Part shown: positions 24,269-33,745 of the stretch, piece by piece
Layout: every line of letters starts with the position of its first letter
How positions within the stretch are numbered: position 1 is the stretch's first letter
Origin: a virus
Lineage: Duplodnaviria; Caudoviricetes
Length of the DNA: 64,000 nucleotides
IMG/VR virus record: IMGVR_UViG_3300028624_000004
Location: 96,001-160,000 of that record
Reading direction: 5' to 3' (one strand)
Notes under the pieces: model-generated
The model's database searches: none
What the model saw: only the letters and a program-made list of their open reading frames with translations
Told to the model about the DNA's origin: nothing
Made by a program: the position numbers and the translations under genes

Positions 24269-25414
24269 ATGAAATTCTATACACTTTACTCCAGAACCTC
24301 AAACGGCTCCATACAGGAGTGGACCATTCATGTAGAAGGTAATAGCTTCTTCACGGTCGAAGGTATCAAGGGTGGTAAGATGACTACCTCCAAGCCCACC
24401 GTCTGTGAAGGAAAAAACATTGGTAGAGCCAATGAAACCTCGCCAGAAACCCAGGCGCTCCAAGAAGCCAAGGCAAAGTACAAGAAGAAGGTCGATTCGG
24501 GCTACTACGAGAAGCTGGAAGATATTGACATCGAAAAGTTTACGGAGCCGATGCTCGCTCATAAGTACGGAGAGCATGAAGTTGAATTCCCATTAGCGTC
24601 ACAGCCTAAACTTGACGGATGTTTATCAGGAGATACTGTTGTCAATCTTAAAAATAATGGGAAGAAGACACTTAAAGAGATATACGACAGTAAAATAGAA
24701 GATGAAGTTTTATCATATAACGAAAAGAAAAGAAGGAATGAATATAGAAAGATAATGTGGGATTATGTAAAGCCAAATATGGCTAGACAGGATATGAGCG
24801 TCACTGGTTGGAATGTAATGGCTGTCAAGTCGGCGCATGGTGCAGGATTGAATGTTGGAAATTCGATGACTAACTGTAAGAAAGCAATTGAAAGAGTATG
24901 GAAAGCTGCTAACCCAGAATGGGAAAAGAAAACTGATCCATATACCGACAAGACAATATTTCCATATACTTGGAATGCTATTAATAACTCGACTGCAAAG
25001 GAACATCTGAGCTTCATCGGAACGACATGCGCTGTGTTCTTGGGGCATGGATCGGGAGACATTATGTTGGAGACGATGCTTAATGATGCTGAAGCAAGGT
25101 GGGTTGATAGTGGAGCGTATAAGAAGAATAACTATGCGTGCTACTACCTTTCGCTCTCAATGTTTCAGGCTGGGGGAGAGCGTTGGAAGAAATGCTTAAA
25201 TACCATAATTCCCTACACCGTGGAAACCCAAGATGCTTCACAGGGCTGCGCTCGCGGCTCGTGGAACTGGGAAGGGCAGTCGTGGCATGGATCAAGCATA
25301 GGAAGAGTGTTGACAACTTGCTATAATATCCTAAACCTTGAAGTTGCTTATCGCTATGTTCAGGTCAACCCCAATGCCGAAATACAGAAAAAACTGAAAT
25401 CAACACTAAAGTAA
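24269..25414 (+). CDS. Chimeric ORF: ATP-dependent DNA ligase N-terminus (to KLDG) + 46-aa intein N-fragment + C-terminal part of a prenyltransferase/squalene-oxidase-repeat protein
   Basis: GKNIGRANET, PMLAH, SQPKLDG; CLSGDTVV intein block A at 24620; DMSVTGW..MA.KSA and GRV.TT..NILNLEV.YRY from 24758. Confidence 0.75.
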   Translation: MKFYTLYSRTSNGSIQEWTIHVEGNSFFTVEGIKGGKMTTSKPTVCEGKNIGRANETSPETQALQEAKAKYKKKVDSGYYEKLEDIDIEKFTEPMLAHKYGEHEVEFPLASQPKLDGCLSGDTVVNLKNNGKKTLKEIYDSKIEDEVLSYNEKKRRNEYRKIMWDYVKPNMARQDMSVTGWNVMAVKSAHGAGLNVGNSMTNCKKAIERVWKAANPEWEKKTDPYTDKTIFPYTWNAINNSTAKEHLSFIGTTCAVFLGHGSGDIMLETMLNDAEARWVDSGAYKKNNYACYYLSLSMFQAGGERWKKCLNTIIPYTVETQDASQGCARGSWNWEGQSWHGSSIGRVLTTCYNILNLEVAYRYVQVNPNAEIQKKLKSTLK

Positions 25415-25688
25415 TCGTCAGTTGTGCCGATACTAAGTGTATGAGAACAGATAGAGTAGAACCCATAATGGTTATAAGAAAAGAAGTAAGGTTCCCAAAA
25501 CGGGAACCTTACTTTCGTGTTGATAGGGACGAAGATTCCCTTGATGATTCTATTAAGAAATATGTTGATATTGCCAAGAATTGTCCTATAGATAAGGAAG
25601 CCCTTGAAATGCTTTTGAGAATAGAGTTAGGAGACGATATAACAAATCAAATTAAAATATTCTATAAATAGGTATGGAGTAACTTATT

Positions 25689-26240
25689 ATGGGATTCAAA
25701 AATTTCTATAAAGAAAGCGTTAGAAAGTCAATAATAAAGAGAGAGGCTGAAGGTGACTTTGGAGACGAAGCCCAAGCAATGAGTTCTGCCGAAATATCAT
25801 ACGCATACCCAAAAACAAACAAAAACAAATTAAAATGGTCAGAGGCTAGGGGATTTATAAAGCCAGATGGTAAAGTTGAAAGAATTGGGGATATGGGTCA
25901 TGAAGATTTCGCCAGAGATGTTGGTTATCCAATCACGGTGGACGGCAAGCTAGTTACTAAAAAGTTTCCTGGGTCAAAAACTCTTGCCAAATATACTGGT
26001 CTTGTTCGCTGGTCGCCAGAAACGGCTTCTTTCAGTGTATATCTTCCAATGACTCTGGAGCAAATAAAGACTATTAAAGAAATAGTCAAGTCTTATGGAT
26101 ATAAAGACTTAATGTTGGATTATCAAGACAAGAATGGGAACATGCAATTGATCGAATTCAACGATTCAGATCCTAGTAAATTCAATGCTAGAATGACAAA
26201 AGTCCAGAATGAAGTCAATGACAAGAAGTTTGGACAATAG
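25689..26240 (+). CDS. Late-expressed hypothetical protein, probably virion-associated
   Basis: TATAAATA at 25663-25670; GFIKPDG...H..FA motif; N-terminal FKNFYKES. Confidence 0.6.
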   Translation: MGFKNFYKESVRKSIIKREAEGDFGDEAQAMSSAEISYAYPKTNKNKLKWSEARGFIKPDGKVERIGDMGHEDFARDVGYPITVDGKLVTKKFPGSKTLAKYTGLVRWSPETASFSVYLPMTLEQIKTIKEIVKSYGYKDLMLDYQDKNGNMQLIEFNDSDPSKFNARMTKVQNEVNDKKFGQ

Positions 26241-26246
26241 CGAATA

Positions 26247-27554
26247 TTAAGGCATCCACGGCATATCTGTTTTAGCCTCGTATTCCTTTTCTTCTTCTAT
26301 TTTTACTTTATTTAAGAAGCCAGAGTTACTAACACTATCAAACTCTTTTGCTTTTTCTTTTCTTTCTTGATATGCTTTGTATATGTTAGAAGAGGAACCA
26401 TTCATATACTTTCTTTTCCTATCTGTCTCATCGTCACTTACTTCAAATTCTATTATAAATTTTGTAAATAATCCCTCTTGGCTTTGGACGTCTATATATG
26501 CGCCCATTGATATTGCATAATCCATGCACATAGCAAGCCCAAGTCCGTGTGTGTCAACATGGTCGTCTTTGGTTGTGAAGTTTGGCGTAAATAATTGTTC
26601 CATGACCTTAGAAGAAATTCCCTTGCCGTTGTCTTCTACATAAAGAGATTTTTTAGAAGAATCGCCATATATTTTTATCTTTAATTCATCTCTCATATGG
26701 GAATTGTGGTCAATGGCATTATTGACTAAATTCATTAATATCTGATGAAGAAACATGGGGGAGTGACGACATAAGAAATCAAGGGAAGTATAATCAACTT
26801 CTATTTGTGACGGTCTTATATTTTTTCTTATTGAGGAATTCAATAAAGCTACAGAAACCATGGCTTTAATGGTGGATCCAACATTAGACCTATTCATATC
26901 ATATTTCTGAAGGTACTTTATATTCTTACTAAGATTATCTACAATATATATACACTGTTCGGCAGATGCTTCTATTTCTTGAATTTTATCTTGTATAAAC
27001 TTAAAGTCTTTGCCGTTAAGCTGGGTTTTCAGTGTTAGAAATTGCAACATCATATTGGAGACATTGCGAATTATTCCTAACCACGGAGCTACCTCATGAT
27101 TAACTCCAGATATGACATTCTTAAGGTTTCGAGAGTTGCTATGGGCTATGTTCAAGCGAAAGGAAATTTCTTCTTGCTTATCTTTTAAATGCTTCTTTTC
27201 CTTCTCTTCTTTGATTAAATCATCAAGTTCTTTTTGATGATAGAAAAAATCTTTTTTGGTTATATTAATGGCTTTAAATTTTTTATAGTTGATATAAAAA
27301 TATAAGAAGGATACGGTTAACGATATTACGCCATTAAGTATAGAAATTGTATCAAATAAGTTTTTAGACGCATCAATGACAGCCGATTGCTGTTCTTGAT
27401 ATACCATACTTCTAACTTGGCTCTCGTAATTTTTCTGTACGATATGACAGATTGAATACAGAGTTGTATATGACAACAAACAAAACAAAAAAGAAATTAA
27501 GATTGAATATCTTAATTTTCTTATTAACTTAAAAATTTCTTTAAAGGTTCCCAT
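26247..27554 (-). CDS. Membrane sensor histidine kinase
   Basis: Two TM helices; H-box NHEV, N-box NLVNNAIDH, G1 EDNGKGI, F-box FTPNFTTK, G2 HGLGL. Confidence 0.93.
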   Translation of the reverse strand: MGTFKEIFKLIRKLRYSILISFLFCLLSYTTLYSICHIVQKNYESQVRSMVYQEQQSAVIDASKNLFDTISILNGVISLTVSFLYFYINYKKFKAINITKKDFFYHQKELDDLIKEEKEKKHLKDKQEEISFRLNIAHSNSRNLKNVISGVNHEVAPWLGIIRNVSNMMLQFLTLKTQLNGKDFKFIQDKIQEIEASAEQCIYIVDNLSKNIKYLQKYDMNRSNVGSTIKAMVSVALLNSSIRKNIRPSQIEVDYTSLDFLCRHSPMFLHQILMNLVNNAIDHNSHMRDELKIKIYGDSSKKSLYVEDNGKGISSKVMEQLFTPNFTTKDDHVDTHGLGLAMCMDYAISMGAYIDVQSQEGLFTKFIIEFEVSDDETDRKRKYMNGSSSNIYKAYQERKEKAKEFDSVSNSGFLNKVKIEEEKEYEAKTDMPWMP

Positions 27555-27877
27555 AGTAAACTTTGTTTGCTGATGTAATAGTATTTTTTCTCTTCAAGAG
27601 TATTTAATACCTCGTGTTCAACGCTTCCCGTTATAAACATTATTTTACCAATATTGGACTTATTCTTATCAGCAAATTCAATTCCATTTCTACCATTTTG
27701 CAATTGAACATCTAGTATAGTATAATCGAACTGGTTGTGTGTCTTCAAAAGCTCTTCAGCTTCCTTATAGGTTTTTGCGTAGTGGATATCAATATTCCCA
27801 CTGTCTATGAACATCTTAATGTATTCTATAACTTCCTTAGCAAAAAAGCTATGGTCTTCTAAAAATAAAATTTTCAT
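27524..27877 (-). CDS. Single-domain response regulator (receiver)
   Basis: KILFLEDH, ILDVQL phospho-Asp, NGIEF, FITG, YISK. Confidence 0.92.
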   Translation of the reverse strand: MKILFLEDHSFFAKEVIEYIKMFIDSGNIDIHYAKTYKEAEELLKTHNQFDYTILDVQLQNGRNGIEFADKNKSNIGKIMFITGSVEHEVLNTLEEKKYYYISKQSLLWEPLKKFLS

Positions 27878-28305
27878 TACGGCGTCCCCATGATAATAGT
27901 TGCTATTGTTTTTATTATTTCCACAATATGTGGCGCTATTGCAACAGCTATAGCAGATATTATACCCACGACAAGGGTCTGGAAATTCCAGTACTTCCCT
28001 GCCATTTCCTTAAGCTTATTTTTCTTTGGCGGCTCAACTGTATTAATGTTCTGGACAATAACTGGAGCAACAGCAGTAGTGTTGCCATGTTCTCCATTAT
28101 CGTCAATAACATGAACTATTATCCCCTTAAGAATATCAGTTAGCTCCTTATATTGGTCACTCTGACGCTCTTCAGTGGTAAATTCATTTAAGATGTTGTG
28201 TATCTTAAACTTAAGATGGACAAGTTCGACAGAAGCCTTTTGCCACTTTGAAATCTCCGTGGGGAGGGCTGGTATGTTGGCTCGTGATGGATACTTCTTT
28301 CCCAT
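27877..28305 (-). CDS. Late-gated protein with C-terminal transmembrane segment (holin-like candidate)
   Basis: GGGGGA SD before ATG 28305; C-terminal LVVGIISAIAVAIAP helix; TAATG coupling to receiver gene. Confidence 0.55.
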   Translation of the reverse strand: MGKKYPSRANIPALPTEISKWQKASVELVHLKFKIHNILNEFTTEERQSDQYKELTDILKGIIVHVIDDNGEHGNTTAVAPVIVQNINTVEPPKKNKLKEMAGKYWNFQTLVVGIISAIAVAIAPHIVEIIKTIATIIMGTP

Positions 28306-28353
28306 TATTCCCCCATAATGATATACTATATTTATACTATTATGGGGGAATAA
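28305..28353 (-). promoter_or_regulatory. Perfect 15-bp inverted repeat sequestering SD/start, with late promoter TATAAATA in the loop
   Basis: TTATTCCCCCATAAT (28305-28319) / ATTATGGGGGAATAA (28339-28353); TATTTATA at 28329-28336. Confidence 0.85.
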
Positions 28354-28370
28354 ATGTTTCAATTGTTACA

Positions 28371-28745
28371 TTATTCTTTGCCACCATGTTGGTTGCGTCT
28401 TCTTTCGATTATATTATCCCTTACTCTTTCTCTCAATGGCTCATTATTCTCACGACGGTCCTCTAATCTTTCGGGAAGGTTTCTTGCTTCTGGGAACAAT
28501 ACGCCATTTTTAGCTATTATCATTCTCATAACGTGAACCTGTAGCTTTGGGTGTCCTTTAAGGACTTCTTTCAACTCTTGTATTTTGACTTCCATTGCTT
28601 TACGGTGTTCTTCCCTAAGCTTCTGGATTTCTAGTACCTTTCCCTTTACTTCCTGTGGTAATGTTACTTCTGGTTCGTTTGCGACCTCACATGAGTATGT
28701 TGAGGCTACTAATAAGAACGCTAGTAATGTTATGATATATTTCAT
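28371..28745 (-). CDS. Exported helical protein or lipoprotein (CpxP/Spy/ZraP-like composition)
   Basis: Signal peptide ending ASTYSC; charged amphipathic helices; AGGAG RBS. Confidence 0.55.
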   Translation of the reverse strand: MKYIITLLAFLLVASTYSCEVANEPEVTLPQEVKGKVLEIQKLREEHRKAMEVKIQELKEVLKGHPKLQVHVMRMIIAKNGVLFPEARNLPERLEDRRENNEPLRERVRDNIIERRRNQHGGKE

Positions 28746-28963
28746 ATATTATCTCCTTACCCATATTTACGCACAATTCTTCAGTTTATTAATGTAGTAT
28801 CTTTCCTCACTTGATAAAAGATTATAAACTATAGTGTTTTTATTTCCTACATAACACATAAATTAAATACATTTTTAGGGGTATTTTTAGGTTACTGGTA
28901 TGGTGGATTTTAGGACTTGACTTCGGCTCTGAAGTCATAGAATATACTAGTAAGGAACTCTTT

Positions 28964-29299
28964 ATGAACCCACCTGATGGTATTCCTCCCAAAGCACTCA
29001 ATAGACCCATCATGCCGTCTGAGGTTGTTAACCTCAAATGTAAGCATATTCCTGATATTGTTTTCAATATCTTCAACGACCACATTGTGTCAGCATGGGA
29101 TGGTAGAAAAGCAATTGTAAGGCAGGAACATGTCGTTAGTGCGCTTTTGGTTACTGAGAAGTTTACGCGAGAAGAGATTTTCCGTAAGCACATATTGGAC
29201 ATAGAAGAGATTTATAGTCGGGAAGGCTGGAAAGTCGAATTCGACAAGCCCGGTTATAACGAGGGGTATGGGGCATTTTGGACCTTTACCAAGGCTTAA
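28964..29299 (+). CDS. Conserved phage hypothetical protein
   Basis: IPD.VF..FN...LDIEEIY..EGWKVEFDKPGYNE motif; promoter TTGACT-N15-TAGAAT and AAGGA RBS upstream. Confidence 0.7.
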   Translation: MNPPDGIPPKALNRPIMPSEVVNLKCKHIPDIVFNIFNDHIVSAWDGRKAIVRQEHVVSALLVTEKFTREEIFRKHILDIEEIYSREGWKVEFDKPGYNEGYGAFWTFTKA

Positions 29300-29954
29300 C
29301 ATGAACTACGACGAGGATTATGTCAAGGATCTGGAACTCCGGATTGAGCGTCAACAGGAGCAGATTGATAAATACTCTATGTTCATCAAGCGACTTGACG
29401 AACTCAAAATCAAAATGTCGATGCAGGACTGTTCGCAGTTCATTAACCCAAAGGCATTTATCAAGTGGCTTGAAAATAGTAGCAAGTGGAAGCTATTTGA
29501 CACGATTGAAGATTCTCATGGTAAGACTGGGCAATTTCGTCATGCAAACGGTCGTAAGTTCTCTATTCGCGTTAAAGCATATGACAAGGGGGCAGAACAG
29601 GCTCAGTTACTTGATGTAGTCAATGCATTTCAGCATGTATGGGACACATGGCTTTATGACCACAAAGGATGTGGTGTTATTTCGCTGATTATTGATATAA
29701 TGGAGTACGAAGATGATTAATGACCCTCTACAGGAACTTGTTAAGCATTGTCACTCAATAGGGTTAAAATCCTATTATGAACTGGCATGTCACGCTGCTT
29801 CAAAGAAGCTGGCGGTTTATGTATTTCGTGAGGAAACTTATAAAAAGTTCCTTGGGCGAATACCCAAAAGTATCCAGGGGTTTGATGTAGAATATAAATT
29901 AGCAAGGAAATATCAAGGACAAATATATGTCAGATAATCTATATAAATAAGGAT

Positions 29955-30887
29955 ATGCCAAAGATAATAACAACCGAAGATTTCATACGAAGAGCAATCG
30001 AAAAGCATGGCGACAAGTATGACTACAAAAATACAGAGTATAAAGGATCACGCAGTAATATTACCATAACATGTAAGAAACACAATGTTTCATTTTTGCA
30101 ATCTGCCCACCATCACTTATCGGGAAAAGGTGGATGTAAAATATGTGCCTCCAACACTAATAGATCAAATGCAGAAACCTTTATAAAGAGGGCGATGGAG
30201 ATACATAATCAAAAGTATGATTACAGCAATGTAGTGTATGAAAATAACGAAAAGCGAGTTTGCATTATATGCGACAAGCACGGTGAATTTTGGCAGTCTC
30301 CTGGGAATCATATTAGTGGTAGGGGATGTCCTGAATGTGCAAAAATTACTATTGGAAGACAAAAGATATCAAACACCAAGGATTTCATTCATAAAGCAAT
30401 GGAAAAACATGGAAACCTTTACAACTATTCAGTGGTAGAATATAAGAATTCACGTGAAGTAGTTGATATTATATGTCCAGAACATGGTACATTTCGCCAA
30501 ACACCAAATTTACACCTGTGTGGATCGGGATGTCCTAAATGCATAAAACAAAGTAGCGGCGAAACTTTCATAAGAAAATTTCTTGAGAGTAATAATATAA
30601 AGTTCATAGAGCAGGTAAAGTTTCCGACATGTAGGCATATAAAGTTGTTATCTTTTGATTTTCTTATTGAAGGTAAAAATGTCCTCATTGAATATGACGG
30701 CGAACAACACTTTAAACCTGTGAAATATTTTGGAGGCAATGTTAAATTTGAATACCGTAAGAAACTAGATTCTATAAAAAGTGAATGGGCGAAGAATAAC
30801 AGATATAACCTCGTTCGCATACCTTATGACATGTCACATAATGATATTGTTGAAAAGTTATATAATACGTTAGTTTTTAGTGCTTGA
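29955..30887 (+). CDS. Homing-type endonuclease with three DUF723-like Zn-finger repeats and Vsr/EDxHD-like nuclease domain
   Basis: H...YDYS.V.Y....V.IIC..HG.F.Q.P..HL.G.GCP.C repeats; FDF...IEYDGEQHF; TATAAATA at 29942-29949. Confidence 0.85.
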   Translation: MPKIITTEDFIRRAIEKHGDKYDYKNTEYKGSRSNITITCKKHNVSFLQSAHHHLSGKGGCKICASNTNRSNAETFIKRAMEIHNQKYDYSNVVYENNEKRVCIICDKHGEFWQSPGNHISGRGCPECAKITIGRQKISNTKDFIHKAMEKHGNLYNYSVVEYKNSREVVDIICPEHGTFRQTPNLHLCGSGCPKCIKQSSGETFIRKFLESNNIKFIEQVKFPTCRHIKLLSFDFLIEGKNVLIEYDGEQHFKPVKYFGGNVKFEYRKKLDSIKSEWAKNNRYNLVRIPYDMSHNDIVEKLYNTLVFSA

Positions 30888-31209
30888 TTTATTTGTTCAC
30901 ATAGCATATAATAAAATATATGAATAATATCCAAAATGACGATGTAGAAGAATTGGAATCTCAAATATCAAAAGAAGAAGATCCCGAAAAAAAACAATGG
31001 ATGAAATTTGCACTTGATATGATTTTGGGCAAGAAATCCAAGAATGCCCGTGTCCTCAAAGAAGTTAAAGAAATAGACAAGAGTCTTAGGACTGCTATGG
31101 CAATGGTTTTAAATTTTTATGCGGAAAATGAAGGGCAGTTCAATCAGAAACTTCTCGAAGATGTTGCAACACTTATAATAAAAAGATCCAAATTGGTAAA
31201 AAATCTAAA

Positions 31210-31698
31210 ATGATATTAGTAGCTGCAATGGACCCAATGGGGATTATAGGTAAAAACGGAAAGCTTCCTTGGAACTTCCCCCAAGACCTTAGTTATTTTA
31301 AGAAACTTACAAGTGGTCATATAGTGGTCATGGGTCGCAAGACATGGCAATCACTACCTGTTAAACCGCTTTCTAATAGGGTTAATATTGTGTTTTCGCG
31401 CATTATGTTGCCCGAAGATGCCCCAGGAGCCATAATAGTAAAAGACATCGAAGAATTACAAAAAGCCGTAATAGAAATTCCAGACAAAAATATATTCCTC
31501 ATTGGTGGCGCTCAATTATATACAGAACTTATTGACTGGTGCGATGATATGGTTATAACTCATGTAAAGAAGCGCCACGATGGTGATACATATTTTCTGT
31601 GGGATTGGATGCAATGGGAACCCGTTGCCGATGTTTATCAGGACGCCGACATACGAATTGTACATTATAAAAGGATAATATATGGAAGTACAGAATAA
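31210..31698 (+). CDS. folA: Dihydrofolate reductase
   Basis: IGKNGKLPW...DL.YFK..T, VMGRKTW.SLP.KPL.NR, IGGAQLY, GDTYF. Confidence 0.95.
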   Translation: MILVAAMDPMGIIGKNGKLPWNFPQDLSYFKKLTSGHIVVMGRKTWQSLPVKPLSNRVNIVFSRIMLPEDAPGAIIVKDIEELQKAVIEIPDKNIFLIGGAQLYTELIDWCDDMVITHVKKRHDGDTYFLWDWMQWEPVADVYQDADIRIVHYKRIIYGSTE

Positions 31699-32566
31699 TT
31701 TACCGGAATCATTTGTTATTTCGGAGTCAAAAATAAATACTCAAACAGTTGACAGACTGATAAAAACTATTAATGGCAAGGATTGGGCAAGTGTTTGGAA
31801 GAAGCGCAATCTTAATGATTCCCCTAGCGATGTTGAAAAGATTCCAGAAATAGTTGCTGAAGTGACAAATGTAAGTAATAATGTTGACATGTCAACTCTT
31901 GAATACAATAAGACTCTTTGCAGTAAAGACATTAACCATCTATACGAACATACGCATGTCACGGTAGCATTTATCAATGTCACAAGAAACTTTGTGTTTT
32001 CTTTAAGGGATATGGACGGAACCATTACCGTAAGCGAAATACCACCTAAAGATGTTGTATTTTGGGTTCCTCCTTGCGTTCTTGAAAAAGACGAGAATGC
32101 AATAGAATATGGTAGCATTCTCAACGACAGTGTGGCTCGTACCGATAAGTTGTGGAAAAAGGTGGCAGATTCATCGACCGATCATGCATTCAAGGTCAAA
32201 CAGGCAATGGACAACCTCATGCCCTCCTGCGCTGCTACAAATTGTGTAGCCACATGTGATATCAACGGGTGGAAAGAAATAGCATTTCGTAATAGCCAAT
32301 TTTGGAGCAACGATGAGGCGCGTTATACTTTCTTGCATTTAGTACGAAACCTCAAAATGAGATACCCCAGTGTCTTCTATGAAGTTACCGTAGAAGATGC
32401 TAAAGGTCAGCAATTTGGGCTTGATACCATTACAGCTTCGCCATTTGCTTGGAAGGGGCTACGCCTAGCCAGGAAAGTGGATGTTCAGCCTGTACCAACC
32501 AAGCAGAAACCTCAGTTGCCAGGACCAAAATATATTAGGGAAGACGAGATTCCGACAAAAAGATAA
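31682..32566 (+). CDS. Degenerate ThyX-fold protein (catalytic motif absent)
   Basis: H.YEH..VT.AF..VTR, F.VPP, LMP....T..V.T.D...W, EAR......LK..YP.VF match the ThyX scaffold; no RHR...S.R. Confidence 0.6.
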   Translation: MEVQNNLPESFVISESKINTQTVDRLIKTINGKDWASVWKKRNLNDSPSDVEKIPEIVAEVTNVSNNVDMSTLEYNKTLCSKDINHLYEHTHVTVAFINVTRNFVFSLRDMDGTITVSEIPPKDVVFWVPPCVLEKDENAIEYGSILNDSVARTDKLWKKVADSSTDHAFKVKQAMDNLMPSCAATNCVATCDINGWKEIAFRNSQFWSNDEARYTFLHLVRNLKMRYPSVFYEVTVEDAKGQQFGLDTITASPFAWKGLRLARKVDVQPVPTKQKPQLPGPKYIREDEIPTKR

Positions 32567-32794
32567 TCATTCCTCTACAGTAAAGGAAATAAGACAGCCA
32601 TCGGCAGGAGTCCCCTGTATAACAAACTTGTCTTTTTTCTTGACGATGTAGTTTGGGTCTTTTTTGACCCTCCCATTGATTGATATGCATCCCTTTTTGA
32701 TATCATCTATAGCAAGTGTTCTGTCACTGTAAAGATGCTCCCTAAATAGGAACCATTCTAGATTTTCTTTGTTTCTGTCACATGTAAAAGCCAT
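32567..32794 (-). CDS. Stand-alone S4-domain RNA-binding protein
   Basis: LEWFL.....SDRTLA...IKKG.I.INGR..KDPNY.V...D pattern. Confidence 0.7.
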   Translation of the reverse strand: MAFTCDRNKENLEWFLFREHLYSDRTLAIDDIKKGCISINGRVKKDPNYIVKKKDKFVIQGTPADGCLISFTVEE

Positions 32795-32881
32795 GGTGTT
32801 ATATTATACTAAACATGCGTAATATATTTTTGCGTGTATAATACCTATAATTGCGATATAAATAAGTGTATAGGAGTATAT

Positions 32882-33745
32882 ATGATATTAACTAAAGAAA
32901 ATACCGATGCTATATATAAGTTATATCCTGTATATGGGGGTATCGAAACTGCCCGTATCTTGGGGATAGACTATAAAATAATAAAAAGTTATGTGGGAAA
33001 TAGAAAGATAAAAATAGGGGAGGACGGGAAGAATTTTATAAAAAACTCTAAGATGCTAAAGGATACAAATGTTGCTCTTCCGTATCTAAAAATACAAACA
33101 CCAAGAGTTGCTTACATATGTGGATTTCTATGGGCAGATGGTTCATTTCAAAGAGTTAAAGAAGGAGGATGCATATCTCTTGAAATAAAAAAAGATGATA
33201 TTAATGACATTATTTCATTGTTTACTGACGATGGTTGGAAAATATATAATAGAAAAAGATACAACTGGAAAGAGATATCGGCAGTTAAAATATCAAATCC
33301 AGTTATGTTTAATATATTTGAAAAAATGGGGTATGTGTCTGGGAGATACGATATGACAACGGCTATTAGCTATATTCCAGAAGATTTAAGAAAACATTGG
33401 ATACATGGGTTATTTGACGGTGATGGATGTATGTACGTTAATATGAAGAATAGATGTAGACAGCTATGTATATCGGGAAGTTACAATACGAAATGGAATT
33501 CGGTTATTGAATGGGCTGAACAGAATAACATATATTTTAAAGAAACGAAAACTATATACAAAAATACAAATAGAAGTTCGGCATTACGGGCTACCGGAAA
33601 AGAAAGTATTTGTAATTTTTATAATCTAATATATGATGGTAACATTGAAGGATTGAAGAGAAAACACGATAAATTCGAACAAATAAGGTATAAAAATGAA
33701 AGTCATAGCGACGAAAATATCACCCAAAACTGCCATTCTAAGTGA
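32882..33745 (+). CDS. Two-motif LAGLIDADG homing endonuclease
   Basis: AYICGFLWADGS and WIHGLFDGDGC; TATAAATA 32857-32864 and GGAG before ATG 32882. Confidence 0.88.
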   Translation: MILTKENTDAIYKLYPVYGGIETARILGIDYKIIKSYVGNRKIKIGEDGKNFIKNSKMLKDTNVALPYLKIQTPRVAYICGFLWADGSFQRVKEGGCISLEIKKDDINDIISLFTDDGWKIYNRKRYNWKEISAVKISNPVMFNIFEKMGYVSGRYDMTTAISYIPEDLRKHWIHGLFDGDGCMYVNMKNRCRQLCISGSYNTKWNSVIEWAEQNNIYFKETKTIYKNTNRSSALRATGKESICNFYNLIYDGNIEGLKRKHDKFEQIRYKNESHSDENITQNCHSK

